Part shown: positions 25,300 through 38,418 of the stretch, one piece after another
Position numbering within the stretch: the stretch's first letter is position 1
How the letters are laid out: each line of letters opens with the position of its first letter
Origin: Hypanus sabinus
Taxonomy: Eukaryota
Assembly: GCF_030144855.1 (NCBI RefSeq)
Contig: NC_082713.1
Location: 47,554,001-47,618,000, forward strand
Length of the DNA: 64,000 nucleotides
Direction: 5' to 3'
Program-made: the position numbers and the translations under genes
The notes under the pieces: model-generated
Told to the model about the DNA's origin: nothing
Databases searched by the model: none
The model's input: the letters and a program-made list of their open reading frames with translations, nothing else

Positions 25300-27042
25300 G
25301 CCACTTCTGACCAAATCAAACAACTTGTTACCAGGAGGTCCCCATTATCTTTATCATTGGTTTGTTGAATTAATGCTATTAAGACGATAGTATTACCCAA
25401 ATTTCTATATTTATTCCAAGCATTACCAATTTTTATTCCTAAATCTTTTTTTGATATTATTGACTCCAAAATATCCTTGTATGTGTGGCAGAATAAAAAT
25501 CCTAGATTAAGTAAAAAATATTTACAGAAGCCTAAGAAGGAGGGTGGTTTGGCTTTGCCAAACCTGAGGTTTTACTATTGGGCAGTTAATATTCGATATT
25601 TAATATTCTGGACACAAGAATCGATTATAGCAGCTTGCCCACAATGGGTAAGTTTGGAATGTAAATCTGTACATGACTTTTCATTGTTTTCTATTTTAGG
25701 ATCTTCGCTTCATTTTGCTTTATCTAAATCGAACAAACAAATAATTAATCCTATTGTTAAACATACATTACGAATATGGTTTCAATTTTGTAAATTCTTT
25801 GGCTTTAATAAGTTTATCTTATCAAGCCCTATTATATCAAATTTTTTTTTCAGCCCTCTTTTATGGATCAAGCCTTTGTATTATGGAAAACAAAAGGTAT
25901 AACATGTTTTCGTGATCTATTTTTAGACAACAGTTTTATGTCCTTTGAACAGCTATCTAATAAATATGATTTGCCTAAAACTAATTTTTTTAGATACTTG
26001 CAAGTTAGAAATTTCTTGAATAATATGTTAGTTTTTTCCAAAATTATGTCCAATGGACATCACGGAAAAAAATTTAGCTCTGAATCCTTGCCAGAAGGGT
26101 TTAGTAGCCATCATTTATAATATGATCATGAAAATACAACCAGAAGTATCAGAAAAAATTAGAAGGAATGGGAAAAAGAACTTCATTGTCTTATACCCAC
26201 TGAGCAGTGGGAGAAAATTTTACAATAGTCAATTCTTCTTCTATTTGTGCTAAACATGCCTTAACACAATTTAAGGTTGTACATAGGGCTCACATGTCCA
26301 AGGATAAACTTGCTCGATTTTATTCTTATGTTAATCCAACCTGTGACAGATGTCATTCTGAAGTTGCTTCATTGACCCACATGTTTTGGTCTTGCCCTTA
26401 CTTGCAAAATTATTGTAAAGATATTTTCAGTATTATTTCAACAGTTCTGAATATCAAATTGCAACCGCATCCTATTACAACAATTTTCGGTTTACCAATG
26501 GTGGATAATAGTTGTTTATCCCCCTCAGCTCGGCGGATGAGTGCATGTGTTACATTAATGGCTAGAAGATCTATCCTATTGAACTGGAAAGAAATTAATC
26601 CTCAAACTATATTTTAGTGGTTTTCTCAAACTATTTCTTGTTTGAGTTTAGAAAAAACTAGGAAGTGTTGTCTTTGACCCTTCAGTTAAATTTGAAGAAA
26701 ATTGGAGACTATTTATTCAACATTTTCATATGAGCTAAACTGACTTTTCCAAAATCTTACTTTTATTATCCTTAATTATTTGGATGGAGGTATGGAGTTA
26801 CTGAGGCTACTGTATATATTTGACATAATGCAATGGCCAATGTTGGTTAGTTTTTTTTTCTTTTCTTGGTTTTTTTTTTCTTACTTACTCCATTTTTTGT
26901 AATTACTATGAGTTTGGGAGGTTATTATATACGGATAATCATCTATTTGTATTTATACTTTAACCTATTAATTATGTACTCTCAAACTCTCTGTATTCAT
27001 GTTTCATTTAGGTTTGTTTAAAATTAATAAAAAGATTTAAAA
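25300..27042 (+). mobile_element. L1/Tx1-clade LINE, ORF2 C-terminus and 3'UTR
   Basis: LPKFLYLFQALP, PKKEGGLALPNLRFYYWA, zinc knuckle CDRCHSEVASLTHMFWSC; T-rich UTR; AATAAA at 27026 followed by an A-rich tail. Confidence 0.9.
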
Positions 27043-27252
27043 GTAAATGTAATGCACTCTAATAATTAAAAAAATTAACCCTTTAATAATTTTTTTTACC
27101 CCCTTGGTCCCTGCTGAAGTGTTTGCAATAATGTGATGTAACTAATGCTTTAATTGTTACTCACTTTCATTTGACATTTTTCCTGAAATTAACTTTGCTT
27201 TGGAATGTTCTTCTGGTAATATTCACTCAGCTGTTAAGATTTGTATTTATGT

Positions 27253-27965
27253 AATGGTAATGGTAAGACTCTTGGCAGTGTGGAGGATCAGAGGGACTTT
27301 GGGGTCCGAGTTCTTAGGACACTCAAAGCTGCTGCACAAGTTGACTCTGTGACTAAGAAGGCATATGGTGCATTGGCCTTCATCAACCGTGGGATTGAGT
27401 TTAAGAGCCGAGAGGCTCTGTTACAACTATATAGGAACCTGGTCAGGCTTCACTTGGAGTACTGTGCTCATTTCTGGTAGCCTCACTACAGGAAGGACAT
27501 GGAAACCATAGAAAGGGTGCAGAGGAGATTTACAGGGATGTTGTCAGGATTAGGGAGCATGCCTTATGAGAATAGATTCAGCAGCGGAAGATGAGAGGTG
27601 ACCTGATAGAGGTGTATAAGATGATGAGAGGCATTGATTGTGTGGGAAGTCAGAGGCTTTTCCCAGGGCTGAAATGGCTAACACAAGAGGGCACAGTTAT
27701 AAGGTGCTTAGAAGCAGGTACACAGAGGATGGCACGAGGTAAGTTTTTTTACGCAGAGAGTGGGGAGTGCATGAAATCGGCAGCCAGCGATAGTGGTGGA
27801 GGTGGATATGATAGGGTCTTTTAAGAAAATCCTGGATAGATACATGGAGCTAGTAAAATAGAGGGCAATGGGTAACTCTTGGTAATTTCTAAAGAAAGTA
27901 CATGCTCGGCACAGCATTGTGGGCCAAAGGGCCCGTATTGTGCTGTAGGTTTTCTATGTTTCTAA
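27253..27965 (+). mobile_element. CR1 LINE 3' part
   Basis: AAQVDSVTKKAYGALAFINRGIEFKS..LHLEYC, MRGDLIEVYK; CR1 tail. Confidence 0.88.
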
Positions 27966-28032
27966 GACAAGACAAAGCAGTATTATGAACCTAGAACACT
28001 AGAGGCCATGTTGTCTTTCAAAATGAAATCAC

Positions 28033-28112
28033 CGTTCTGATGAAGGGGAACATCGACTCTTTTCCATAGATGCCACATGGCCTGCTGAGTTCCTCCAGCA
28101 TTTTGGGTGTTT
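28033..28112 (+). mobile_element. Penelope pLTR fragment with deleted hammerhead stem II
   Basis: CTGATGAAGGGG-AACATCGACT followed by the pLTR sequence. Confidence 0.65.
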
Positions 28113-29714
28113 GTAAGAAGTCATTGTAAAATGTCACCAGTTAGACTAAATGCTTGGAAGTTTGAAAATTCTCACATATATTATAGACAATGAAACTGAA
28201 GAGTTCTTTAACAAGCACCAATCATCATTTAAGGTGAAATATTCAGCCTTTCTTTCACAATAAGGTTTTCTCCATGAATTTATTTAGAAAGAGCATATCT
28301 TAGTATAGTTTCTGAATTTTTCTTTAGTTACAAATGGAATTCTTTTCTCCAAGGTTTATGAAGGGCTGGTATTTTGCAGTAAGTGACTCACCGATCTCAA
28401 CAGAGCATTTCCAAGGTACACCGTGAAAGGGGTGATGTATTTTCCATAGTATATTAAGGGTAGATCCAATACATCCAGGAAGCTTTAAAGTAAAATAAGA
28501 AACCAACTAGATTAGCACACAATTCACCAGATACTCACTCTGGACTCCATTACTACCCACTCTGTGTCATGGTTACAGTGTGTGTACCAGCTATACAATG
28601 TAGTTGTAACTGTTGTTCTCAACTCATGGGCTGGGCGTGATTGTACAGCACTCTGCTCCAGGTGACATGCGTGATAAACCTTTCTTTAACGGATACACAG
28701 TAAGTAAATTGTGAATCTAATCCACATTGAAAAGGTGGCTCACTGGCACTGGGTTGAAAATCAAAGCAATGCAGTATCCACCAAAATTTCTTCAACATAC
28801 CCTGCTAAATCTGTAAACTGTGGAACTTGGAAAGACAAGGACACATACAGGAACATTATCATCTAGACAAGCCATACACCACTACAGGCTGAAAACTATC
28901 ACTAGACTTTGGTAGGCACTGCATGAAAATCCTTAGAGCCTCTTAATGAACAGTTGGAGCACATCACAATAAATTGCTATGTATATAATTCATTAGCACA
29001 TTCTTCAGAGCAAATGTAACAAATACTGGCTTTATCAGTGACACTTCCTCCTCTGAATGTATAAAAATTAAAAAAAAAGATTAAACTGAAATACACAATG
29101 GAACACCACTTGTTCTTTCCTCATGCAAAAATGTGCTTGAAAGGCACAATTTGCAGTGTTGCTTGCTATTGGTTGGAATGACCACTTTCTAACATTCTCA
29201 GTCAAGTTAATGACTGTTCCTCTCTTCAAAGAACTTTTCATGGCTGACAAGTACTTCAGAGGGAAGAATGAGAGGAAATTTCTGAAAAGATGGTAATCAT
29301 GGCTGCTTTTAAAAAGTCACCCATCTGCAGAGTGATCTCCCTTAGGTTTGCTGCAGGGAAAATCACTGCAGGGATTCTTGTGGCCTGCCTCCTCTCAACA
29401 GCCATTCAAAATCGTTAAAGATTTTATCTATCCATTGACGTCCAACACACAGAACCTTAATTAGGTGGGAAGTTCAGTAATTTTTTTTAAAATTATATGC
29501 TTATTTAATTAGCAGAAATTCAATCATCTGTGCCTAGTAGCAGTGTCTAATCATTATTTTTAATTTAAAGTACCATTATCAACATATGATTTTCCAGTCA
29601 GCCATTGACCACACTTGGCTGTATTGGAGATTACTGCTTTAACCATAGTGATACAGCAATCATCTAATCACAGATTTTGGTTGGTAAGTGCCTGGAATGA
29701 GTTGATAGGGGTAA

Positions 29715-29880
29715 CGCACAGAGGAACTCACCAAGTCCGGTAAGATCTAATAAACAGTCGACGTTTTCAGTACAAACCCTTTATGAGAACTCGACTGCTT
29801 ATCCCTCTTTATAGATGCTGCCTGACCATTTGACGTGTGCTGCTCAAGATTTCCACCATCCACAGAATCTCCAGTCTGTG
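29715..29880. mobile_element. Degenerate fold-back Penelope pLTR element
   Basis: CAGTCGACGTTTT...CCCTTTATGAGAAC|TCGACTG..ATAGATGCTGCCTG. Confidence 0.6.
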
Positions 29881-30305
29881 ACAGGGATAATGGTGAAAGC
29901 ACATACGATTTAAGTGCTGAAGAGGCAGGAATGAAGAGTTTTGGGTCATGTGCAGGCAGAAGAGATTTATTTTAATTTGGCGCGTTTGGTAGAGACATTG
30001 TGGCCTGAAGAGCCGTTTCCTGCTCTGCACCAGACTTGGTTCTTTGGAGCCGAGACTGCTTATCCTTGCCGGGAAGATCAGAGCTTCCCAAGCGAGAAAC
30101 AATGTAGTGTGAAGCCCCGTAAACGCCTCGTCTAGTGGAGGTTAAGAAACGAGAAGACTAACTCGTTCTCTCTCCAGAGGCTACCCTGGCGGGTAAAATA
30201 TTCCCGGCAATTTGTGTGGCATTGAGGCAGCCCTACTGCCCCGGCGTCCCTTCAAATCACAAGGTCAACGTCTCAACCCCTGCCCAGGTTCTCTCCGCCC
30301 CTTAC

Positions 30306-30420
30306 CACTGACGGCGGCCACACTTCCCCCAACGAACCAGCTACTCCTGCCTTTCGTGCCGCCGCTATCGCTGATCACCTTCAGCCTTCGCACCGCGGCA
30401 AGTCTCTGCCCGCCGGCCTG
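30306..30420 (-). other. COX11: Probable non-coding first exon of COX11 (5' end approximate)
   Basis: CpG-rich segment ending in donor CAGTG|gtaagg (GT at 30305-30304); the ATG-bearing exon has its own acceptor at 21649, so an upstream exon is needed. Confidence 0.65.
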
Positions 30421-30704
30421 ATTACCCCTGCATGACTAGGCCCTGTGACCAAAATGCAATCCGCTTCCAATTTCACTTAATACACATATTTCAGTTTTTT
30501 AATGTGACTGTTCGAAATGGACACAACTAAATAATAACAGATATTCATTTTTCACAAAATACCTGCACTATATTTCGCAACGTGCTTTGCGGCCGACATA
30601 TACGCGTACGGCGGCGTTATACTCGAAAGACTACAGTTCCCAGGATGCCCGAGGCTGTTTGACCCATGCGCAGAACCTGCTTCTAGTTCGTTCTTATAGA
30701 GAAG
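30306..30704. promoter_or_regulatory. CpG-rich bidirectional promoter shared by COX11 and RBM41
   Basis: Divergent first exons ~400 bp apart; CpG retention over ~29950-31150; ACTACAGTTCCCAGGATGCC (ZNF143 SBS/ACTACA motif) at 30630-30649; NRF1-like half site CATGCGCA at ~30665. Confidence 0.85.
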
Positions 30705-30712
30705 ATGCGCAG
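30705..30712 (+). CDS. RBM41: RBM41 coding exon 1 (ATG CGC AG)
   Basis: gaagATGCGCAG|gtaagt; phase 2 joins exon 2 to give MRRVSS, comparable to human MKRVNS. Confidence 0.85.
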
Positions 30713-31424
30713 GTAAGTGAAAGCGGCGGAACATGAAGCGTATTGATTCAGATATATAAGTCACAGAGGAATCTGTAATAGGGCAGGGTGTTGGAACGAC
30801 CAAAGCAAATTATTAATTCTGATTCGGCTCGAGAAGGCTTGTTGTATTCAGTCAAAGACAGGATAGGAGGTAGAGGAGCGAGATGGCCGCCCGAGAATGA
30901 TACGTGGGTAGCCAAAGAGGGGCAATAAAACACTGGTTTCTGTAATAATATGTTCCCGTTAATAATGATAATTCGCGTTATCCCAGAAACTGAAATGCGA
31001 CCGACAATTTACTGTAGGACTATATACGATTTTAACACGAAAAATGCTGTGGACGTTGCTTAATCTCCCATGCTTTTGTTTGCTGACTCGTTTGTTAGCA
31101 AATGAAATTGAAGGTTGTGTCGGTACGTCCCTGTCCAGAGACCTGAGCACAAACACCTGCCCTGATGCACCATTGCTTCCCCCCCCACCCCCCGAGAATC
31201 TATGTTAAGGATGTTTGGCGAGTACAAGGTTGAACATATCTGTTAAATACTCGGTACTGTGCACATTCTCCGCTTGAGAGAAATAGACGAAGGATAGTTG
31301 GACAGCAATTTAGAATGTACACCTCTGTTATTCAGAACTATTAAAATAAAACAAGGAATTGGATGCCGTTTTCTAAAGCCACTTAAAAAGACTTTGGTTA
31401 AAAACATTATAGCAAACTCAAGTC

Positions 31425-32115
31425 TAAGTCGCTTTTTATTGTCAGTTCAACCATAACTCTGATACAGTACACATTAAAAACGAAACAACGTTCCTCCAGG
31501 ACCATGGTGCTACATGAAACAGCCAAAACTGCATTAGACTTCAGACCTACATGGGACTACATAAAGTGCACAAAGCAGTGCAAGACAGTACAATCATTAA
31601 TAAACAAGATAATAGGCACAGTAAAGGGCAAATCACAATATAAAAAATGATGTAATGTAAACAATGTTTTAGCAGGAATTGGGAAAGAAATGAGCAAAAC
31701 TTGCAAAGGGAATGGAGTGGTGTTCAGTTGAGTGTGTGTGTGGGTTGGTGTCAGACTAGACTCTGGGAATTGAGGAGTTTAATGGCTTGGGGTTAGAAAC
31801 TGTCATGGTCTGGTCATGGGAGCCCGAATACTTTGGTACCTTTTGCCGGATGGCAGGAGAGAGAAGAGTTTGTATGAGGGGTGCGTGGGGTCCTTCACAA
31901 TGCTGTTAGCTTTGCGGATGCAGCGTGTGGTGTAAATGTAATGGTGGGAAGAGAGACCCCGATGATCCCTTCAGCTGACTTCACTATCCGCTGCGGGGTC
32001 TTATGATCCGAGACGGTGCAATTTCCAAACCAGGCAGTAATGCAGCTGCTCAAGATACTCTTTATACAACCTTTGCAGAATGTGGTGAGGATGGTGGTGG
32101 GGGGGGGGGGGGTGG
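31425..32115 (-). mobile_element. Rex1-type LINE 3' end, same family as 3738-5658
   Basis: Colinear with 3738-4335. Confidence 0.85.
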
Positions 32116-32374
32116 GAGATATCTATGGTTATTATTGGGTTTCTGGATCTGCAGTTGAGGTAGATTTCATGAGCAGATTCTCTAACATAAGTGACAGGAA
32201 TCTAGCATCATGCCATATGATTGGATTCCAGTGATGGAAATACTAGTTAGAATGCATCAGCAAGTCTAGGACAAATGCATTTGGATACAGACATGTCAAG
32301 CTTCCCAATATTTACAGGAGTATATGCCAGCTGTTTGCCACATGCAACCGTTAGCATTTACTAGAAAAATTTAA

Positions 32375-32904
32375 AACACAAACGAGAGTATCTGCAGATG
32401 CTGAAAATCCAAGCAACACACACAAAATACTGGAGGAACTTGGCATCTATGTGAGAAAAGCAAAGTTGACATTTCAGGCCGAGACCCATAGGCAGGACTG
32501 GAGGGAAAAAAAGGAGTAGATTCAAAAAGGTGGGGGAGGGGAGAGAGAAACACAAGGTGATCGGTGAAACCAGGAGAGGGGAAGGGGTGAAGTAAAAAGC
32601 TGGGAAGTTGGTTGGTGAAAACGATACAGGGCTGGAGAAGGGGGAGTTTGATAGGTGATGATAGAAGGCCATGGAAGAAAGAAAAGGGAGCAAGAGCACC
32701 AGAGAGAAGTGATGGGCAGACAAGGAGATAATGTGAAAGAGGGAAAAGAGGATTGGAAATGATGTACGGAGGAGGGGGATCATTACCAGAAGTTTGAGAA
32801 ATCGATGTTCATGTCATCAGATTGGAGGCTACCCAGATGTGACTCTACTTTTTTTTCATAGATACTGCCTGGCCCATTGAGTTCCTCCAGTATTTTGTGT
32901 GTGT
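32375..32904 (-). mobile_element. Penelope 3' fragment with inverted pLTR arm
   Basis: pLTR plus purine-rich segment as at 7362-7850; inverted arm 32841-32904; TSD-like ACTAGAAAAATTTA / ACCAGAAAATTTTA. Confidence 0.8.
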
Positions 32905-33274
32905 AACCAGAAAATTTTAGGCCACCAGTGTAACAAAGTGTTCACTAAATATAAGAAAAACAATGAACTCTGAAAATAATGTTAATTTCTATTTAATTGG
33001 GCCCAAGCAAATCTAGCCCTTTAAGAACACTTTTTCCACTCAATATTACTTCCACTCACCATCTCTGGAAACAGACACAGTGGTGATATTTATGCTACGT
33101 GCTATCAGACCATCAATATTTTGGTCTATATTCAAAGTTCCATGAAATTTATTCTGATTGCAGGATAATCATAAGATTTTTATTAGCATTGCTAATCGAG
33201 GAAAATAATAGAGAAATGTCAGTCCCCAGTAGAAGTAGATTGCACTTTACTAGCTCAGATTTTAAACAAAATGT

Positions 33275-34185
33275 AGAATCATAGAGGTATGTAGCACGAA
33301 AACAGACCTTTTGGCCCAACTGATGCATGCCAATCAGAGCATCCTCCTGGCTAGTTCCAGTTGCCCGCGCTTGGCCCATGACACTCAAAGCTGCACCCCT
33401 CCATGCAACTATCCAAATGCCTTCAGTTGTATCTGCCATGACCACTTCCTTAGGCAGTTCATTCCTGGTCCTCACCATCCTCTATGTGAAGAAGTTACCT
33501 TTCAGGTCTCTTTTAAATGCCTCTGCTCTTGTACCTGTGCTCTCTAATTTTGGACTTCCCAAACCTGGGGAAAAAACTGATCATCCACCATATCCATACC
33601 CTTCATTTTATAAACTTCTATGAGATCACTCCCCATTCGTCTGTGCTTCAGAGAATAAAGATCTAACAGGGCTGACCTCTCCCTATAACTCAGGCCCTTT
33701 AGTACAGGACAACTTTGTTAATCTCTTCTGCACCCTCTGCAACTCAACAATGTCTACCCTATAACAGGGTGACTAAAACTCTGCACAATGCTAAAGTTAA
33801 TGTTTATAATACTAATACATGAAGTCCTCCCCTGGTTTGATTGTCCTATATGTGTTACTTTACATTTTAAGTTCATTTGCCTATTCCTATGCCTCGCTAA
33901 CTGATCAAGGTCTCTTTGCAATCCATTGCAACCTGCTTCACAGCCAATAAGACCTTCCTAATTTAGTATAATCAACAAATTTGTTAATCTGCCATGTACA
34001 TTCACATTCATATCCAAAATGATTTACATAAATAATGAATGACAGAGGTCCCAATTCTCCCGTTGGACACCAAACTAGCCAAAGGCTTCCAGTACGAGAA
34101 TCAGCCTTTGACTATCACCTTCTGCTTCCTACCTTCAAACAGTTTCTGACAGTCCCTAGGATGCTGTGGCCATAACTGATTTCCT
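33275..34185 (-). mobile_element. Decayed CR1-type LINE 3' part
   Basis: CR1 tail and RT remnants. Confidence 0.7.
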
Positions 34186-34361
34186 TGCATCTCAGAAGTA
34201 ATATAATGAAGAAAATCAGTTAAATCTTCTATTGAATTTTAATCAGCTGATGTTTATACATGGGTTTTAATTATAATCCACTTTAGAACTTAAATGAAAA
34301 ATTATTCATTTGGGCTTTGTTTACTCGGAGTAACATGGCCATTTTGTTTAATGCCATTTAG

Positions 34362-34481
34362 GGTTAGCAGTCGTATGTGTTATGATGAGGATGTTGAGCC
34401 AGAGGATCTGGAAACAGAAGGAGAAAGGCAATTACAAAACCTACTGAAGCACCAGCTAGACACAACAGTATCACTTGAAGA
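34362..34481 (+). CDS. RBM41: RBM41 exon 2
   Basis: tttag|...EDLETEGERQLQNLLKHQLDTTVSLE GA|gtaagt; 120 nt. Confidence 0.95.
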
Positions 34482-36594
34482 GTAAGTATATTAACATTAA
34501 CAAAACAGCTTCAATTTCTGCGTGAATAATGAAGTGACATATATAGTTTTAAGCATTTATATAGTTTAAACATTTTAAAAACTTAGGTTTTCAAAAACAG
34601 CTAAAGCTTGTATTGGCATATTCGGAGTCTTTCAGCATCAGAGGAAAATATAGACTAATGATTCTATTGTAAGTTACTTATTGGAGGTTGATGGATAATT
34701 CCTGTTTTGTTTCTATGTCGATTTCCTTTTTTCATCTCTGCAACCTCTTTGTCTTGCCTTAATTACAAATATTTTTCTCCAGTATTTGATATATGGTTTA
34801 TTTCTACAACTTTAATACAGATAAAGTCCTAGTGTACTCTGTGTAGCTGTAATTCACATTTCTGAATCAGATTTAATATCACTGACATAAGACATGAAAT
34901 GTATCAATTTGTGGCAGCAGTACATTGCAAAAACATAAAAATCTCTTTCAAAAATAAATAGTGCAAAAAGCAAAGGAATAACTAGGTGGTGTTCATGCAT
35001 TTATGTATTGTTCAGAAATGTGATGACAGAGGGGAAGAAGCTGTTCCTAATCGATAAATGACCTATGTCTTGTGGTTGTCTAGGTTCTCCAAATCAGAGT
35101 GGAGAGCTAGTGAGACTGCATCCACTACAGACTTGTGGCAGCAGTATGCATTAGGCAATCACATAATTTCAACATTTTTAGTACGTTAATGTGCAGAGAT
35201 TCCCATTGATTGTCTCTGTGGTCCTAATTCATACTAAATGCTTTAGGAATCTGGAGCATGGCTCAATCTTCAATGGTATGAGAACTTGGACAATCAACTA
35301 AGCCAAAATTATCCATTAGTGAAAGTAGCCTATTTCAATGTGCCTGATACTGCCAATCAAATCAAAAATGCTTTTTTTAAGGAGCTTAACTCCATTTATT
35401 TTGTATGGTAAAACTCCAATAATTCGCTGTCTGTTCAGATATCTTGATGATTTGACATTTGATTCATGTGGTGATGTTTGCTGTGCTCCTCATCCACTCA
35501 TTGGGGCCCCAGTTTCTTCAGTCCTTGTTGAATTATTGATAGCCTAGTCCCTGTGCTCCTCACCCATTCGTCATGCAATTTCTGCTGGTGTTTGAGAGGA
35601 AATTGGAGCAGCAAGAGGAGTTCATGTGGCCATTGAAAGAAAGTACAGACTGCATTGACTGCACTTGACATCAGGGTCAAACTCAGTGTTTTTACATGAG
35701 TCAGCAGCACTAACTGCTGAGGCACCCTGCAGCTTACAGACCAACAGAGCAGCCTTGCAGCTGAAATGGCAAAAGCAGAAGAATGGCATGCCCTGTTTCA
35801 CAGGTCTTGGAATAAAAAATTAACAGCTCAGTAAGTAGAACAATTTTAATGTGTTAATTTTCTCCAAGTGAGAGTCCAGAATATTCTTAACATTTAAACT
35901 GTTAAGAATTTAATGCTAAATTGATGTGAAATAAGTTGATGAAAAAAATTTAAGAATTGTTGCCTTCACATAATTGAAAAATATCATATTTTTCAAGATA
36001 AACATTTGTCTAAATAGTGTTAGTTCTTATCAAGTGTAATTTATCAAGATAAATTATACTTTATAATGAACGAACAATATTTAGACAAATGTTAGAGGAA
36101 GAGCAGTATAATTTTATCCTTAATTTAAAAGCAGGTTTAGTTCCTCTCACTACTCAAAGAAAGGTTACAGCATGGAAGGATGTGATTTGACCTTTTGGGT
36201 CTGCATGATGATCTGCTTGTCACACTCCCCATTGCCCTGACAAATATTTCCTTTAAGATAGTTATTCAGCTTCCTTTAAGGTACAGTAGAATGTCCTTCA
36301 GCATTACCCCTAGCTGTGTGATTCAACTTTTAATCACTTCTTGTGTAAAAATGTTTTTGTTCAAATTAATTTTGATTTTTTTTTTCAAATACCTTAATAA
36401 GATTTTTAATCCTTACACAATCGGCAATTCTCTGTGGACAGTTTAATGATTTTTGATTTTGAAATTCCTCAATCAGATCCCCTAGCAATGTACTTTGCTC
36501 CATAGAAAACAAAAACAACAAAATCTGCTGTCTCGCCATATAACCAAAATTCCTGTGGTAAATTGCTTCTGTACTTGTTCTAAAGCCTTACATT

Positions 36595-37405
36595 GGGCAA
36601 GATGGCACCAGCGACTATTGTGATGAATGGCAATGTTCTGCAGACAGTTCACGAAACTACTACTACTACTCCTCCTTTTAAATATACTTCTACTGCTAAT
36701 CTGTACGCAATTAGAGCCTGTAATTTATATTTTGATAATCTGTTTTTGGGCCGAATGAGCGATCTGACACTTCTGCTGTCTGCGAGGGAATTCGGCATGA
36801 TTGATATTGGAGTGTGTGGCCTAATGGCGGAGCACGAATCCATGATCAGCTCCAATTCTTGACCAACTTGCCAATTAATGCATCGAGCAAGATTGAAATC
36901 CACAAGGATGACATCGGAAGTCGAGCAGGTGTTCAACGCCATCTGCCTGTATTTGACTGGTCTTTCTCTCCCTCTTGCTCGCTGGAGGAAGGTGCAGGGG
37001 TCTTAGGCAAAATTTAATTGGTGCAGATTGTGGATTGGAATCATTTTTAGTGACTCTGCAGTTCATATGTGTTTCTGGTTATTCCATTTTTTAAATTGTG
37101 ATTTTGCACAATTTTGATTGGAGTGGACTGGCTTGGGCCTGCAGTTATCAAAAGACACATCGCTAAAATGAACTAAACTCAATATTCATAGACTGTTCCA
37201 TAGACTCTGTGGTTGATGTGTAATATTCTGTGTTATTCGCTCATTTTTTTGCCATTCACACAATTTGTTCTTTTTGTTTGTGCGTTGGACGTTTGATGTT
37301 TTCTTTAAACAGGTTCCATGGTGTTTTTTTTTGTGGCTATATGTGGGAAGGCCAGTCTCAGAGTTGTATACTACATACTTAGAAATAAATGTACTTTGAA
37401 TCTTT
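36595..37405 (+). repeat. Probable non-autonomous retroelement
   Basis: Begins GGCAAGATGGCACC, CpG-richer body, ends AATAAATGTACTTTGAATCTTT like LINE tails; family not identified. Confidence 0.45.
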
Positions 37406-37426
37406 AATATCCTTCTTAAGACATAG

Positions 37427-37621
37427 GAAGAGCCAGCCGCTGGTGTAGTGGCATTAGCACTGGACTTCAAGGCGGATAGTTCTGAGTTTGAATTTGGCCA
37501 GGTCCCAACCTGAATGGAAGAAAGACCTGGCAATCTACTTCCGTAGCTTACCTCAAAAACCTTATGGACAACTACTCTATCCATAGGGTCACCATGAGTC
37601 GACAATCACTTGATGGCACAC
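37427..37621 (+). mobile_element. tRNA-derived SINE with RTE/BovB-like (Sauria-SINE-like) tail
   Basis: A box TGGTGTAGTGG, B box GAGTTTGAAT; tail CCATAGGGTCACCATGAGTCGACAATCACTTGATGGCAC; 9-bp TSD AAGACATAG at 37418 and 37622. Confidence 0.8.
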
Positions 37622-38418
37622 AAGACATAGCACCCAGAACTGAATACATTATTCCATTTGTTTTATAAAGGTACATAATTAGTTTATTGCTTTTGTATTC
37701 TAGATCGCCATTTATAAAATCTAGGACCTTGTATAGTTTTTTAAGTTGCTTTCTCTGTCTGTAAACCAGGTTCAATGAATTATGAAAATTTGATGCCAGA
37801 CCTCTCTGCTGTTGTCCTCCTGGAATTGCACCTTCTAGTTTTATTGACTCATCCTATTCTTCCTATCAAAATATACCACTTTGCATTTTTCTGTATTTTA
37901 TCATTCATCATCCGTCTAAACCACTGCCTGGGTATATTTTCTTGAACATTTTTCCTCTCCTGGTGTGATCATTATGCCTTCAAATTTTGTTTTGCACACT
38001 TGATGATTCTGTCCTGCACGCTCACATCTAAATCTTCTCCATATACAAGAACCATTCCAATACTTTAACAAACAAAACTCCACTGTATAATTACTCATGT
38101 CCAAAAACATTTCAAGCTTGGCTTTCTAAATGAGTAAATTGATATGTACTTGGGGGGGGGGGGGGATACTGACAGCAAATACGAAAGGGAATCCAAAAAT
38201 ATTCTATTTTATGGGTGCATAAGAAAAGATATGGCTCAATCAGGTCAGAATGGAAATCAACACATACAGGCAGGCATAAGGCTGAGATACATCAGTTTTT
38301 ACCATGTAAGAAGATACTGATGGAATATTGGCAAAGGGACACTGTTGAATATGATGAGATGGACTCTTGACCTCATGGTCTACTTCATTGTGACATTGTA
38401 CCTTACTGTATACCTGCA

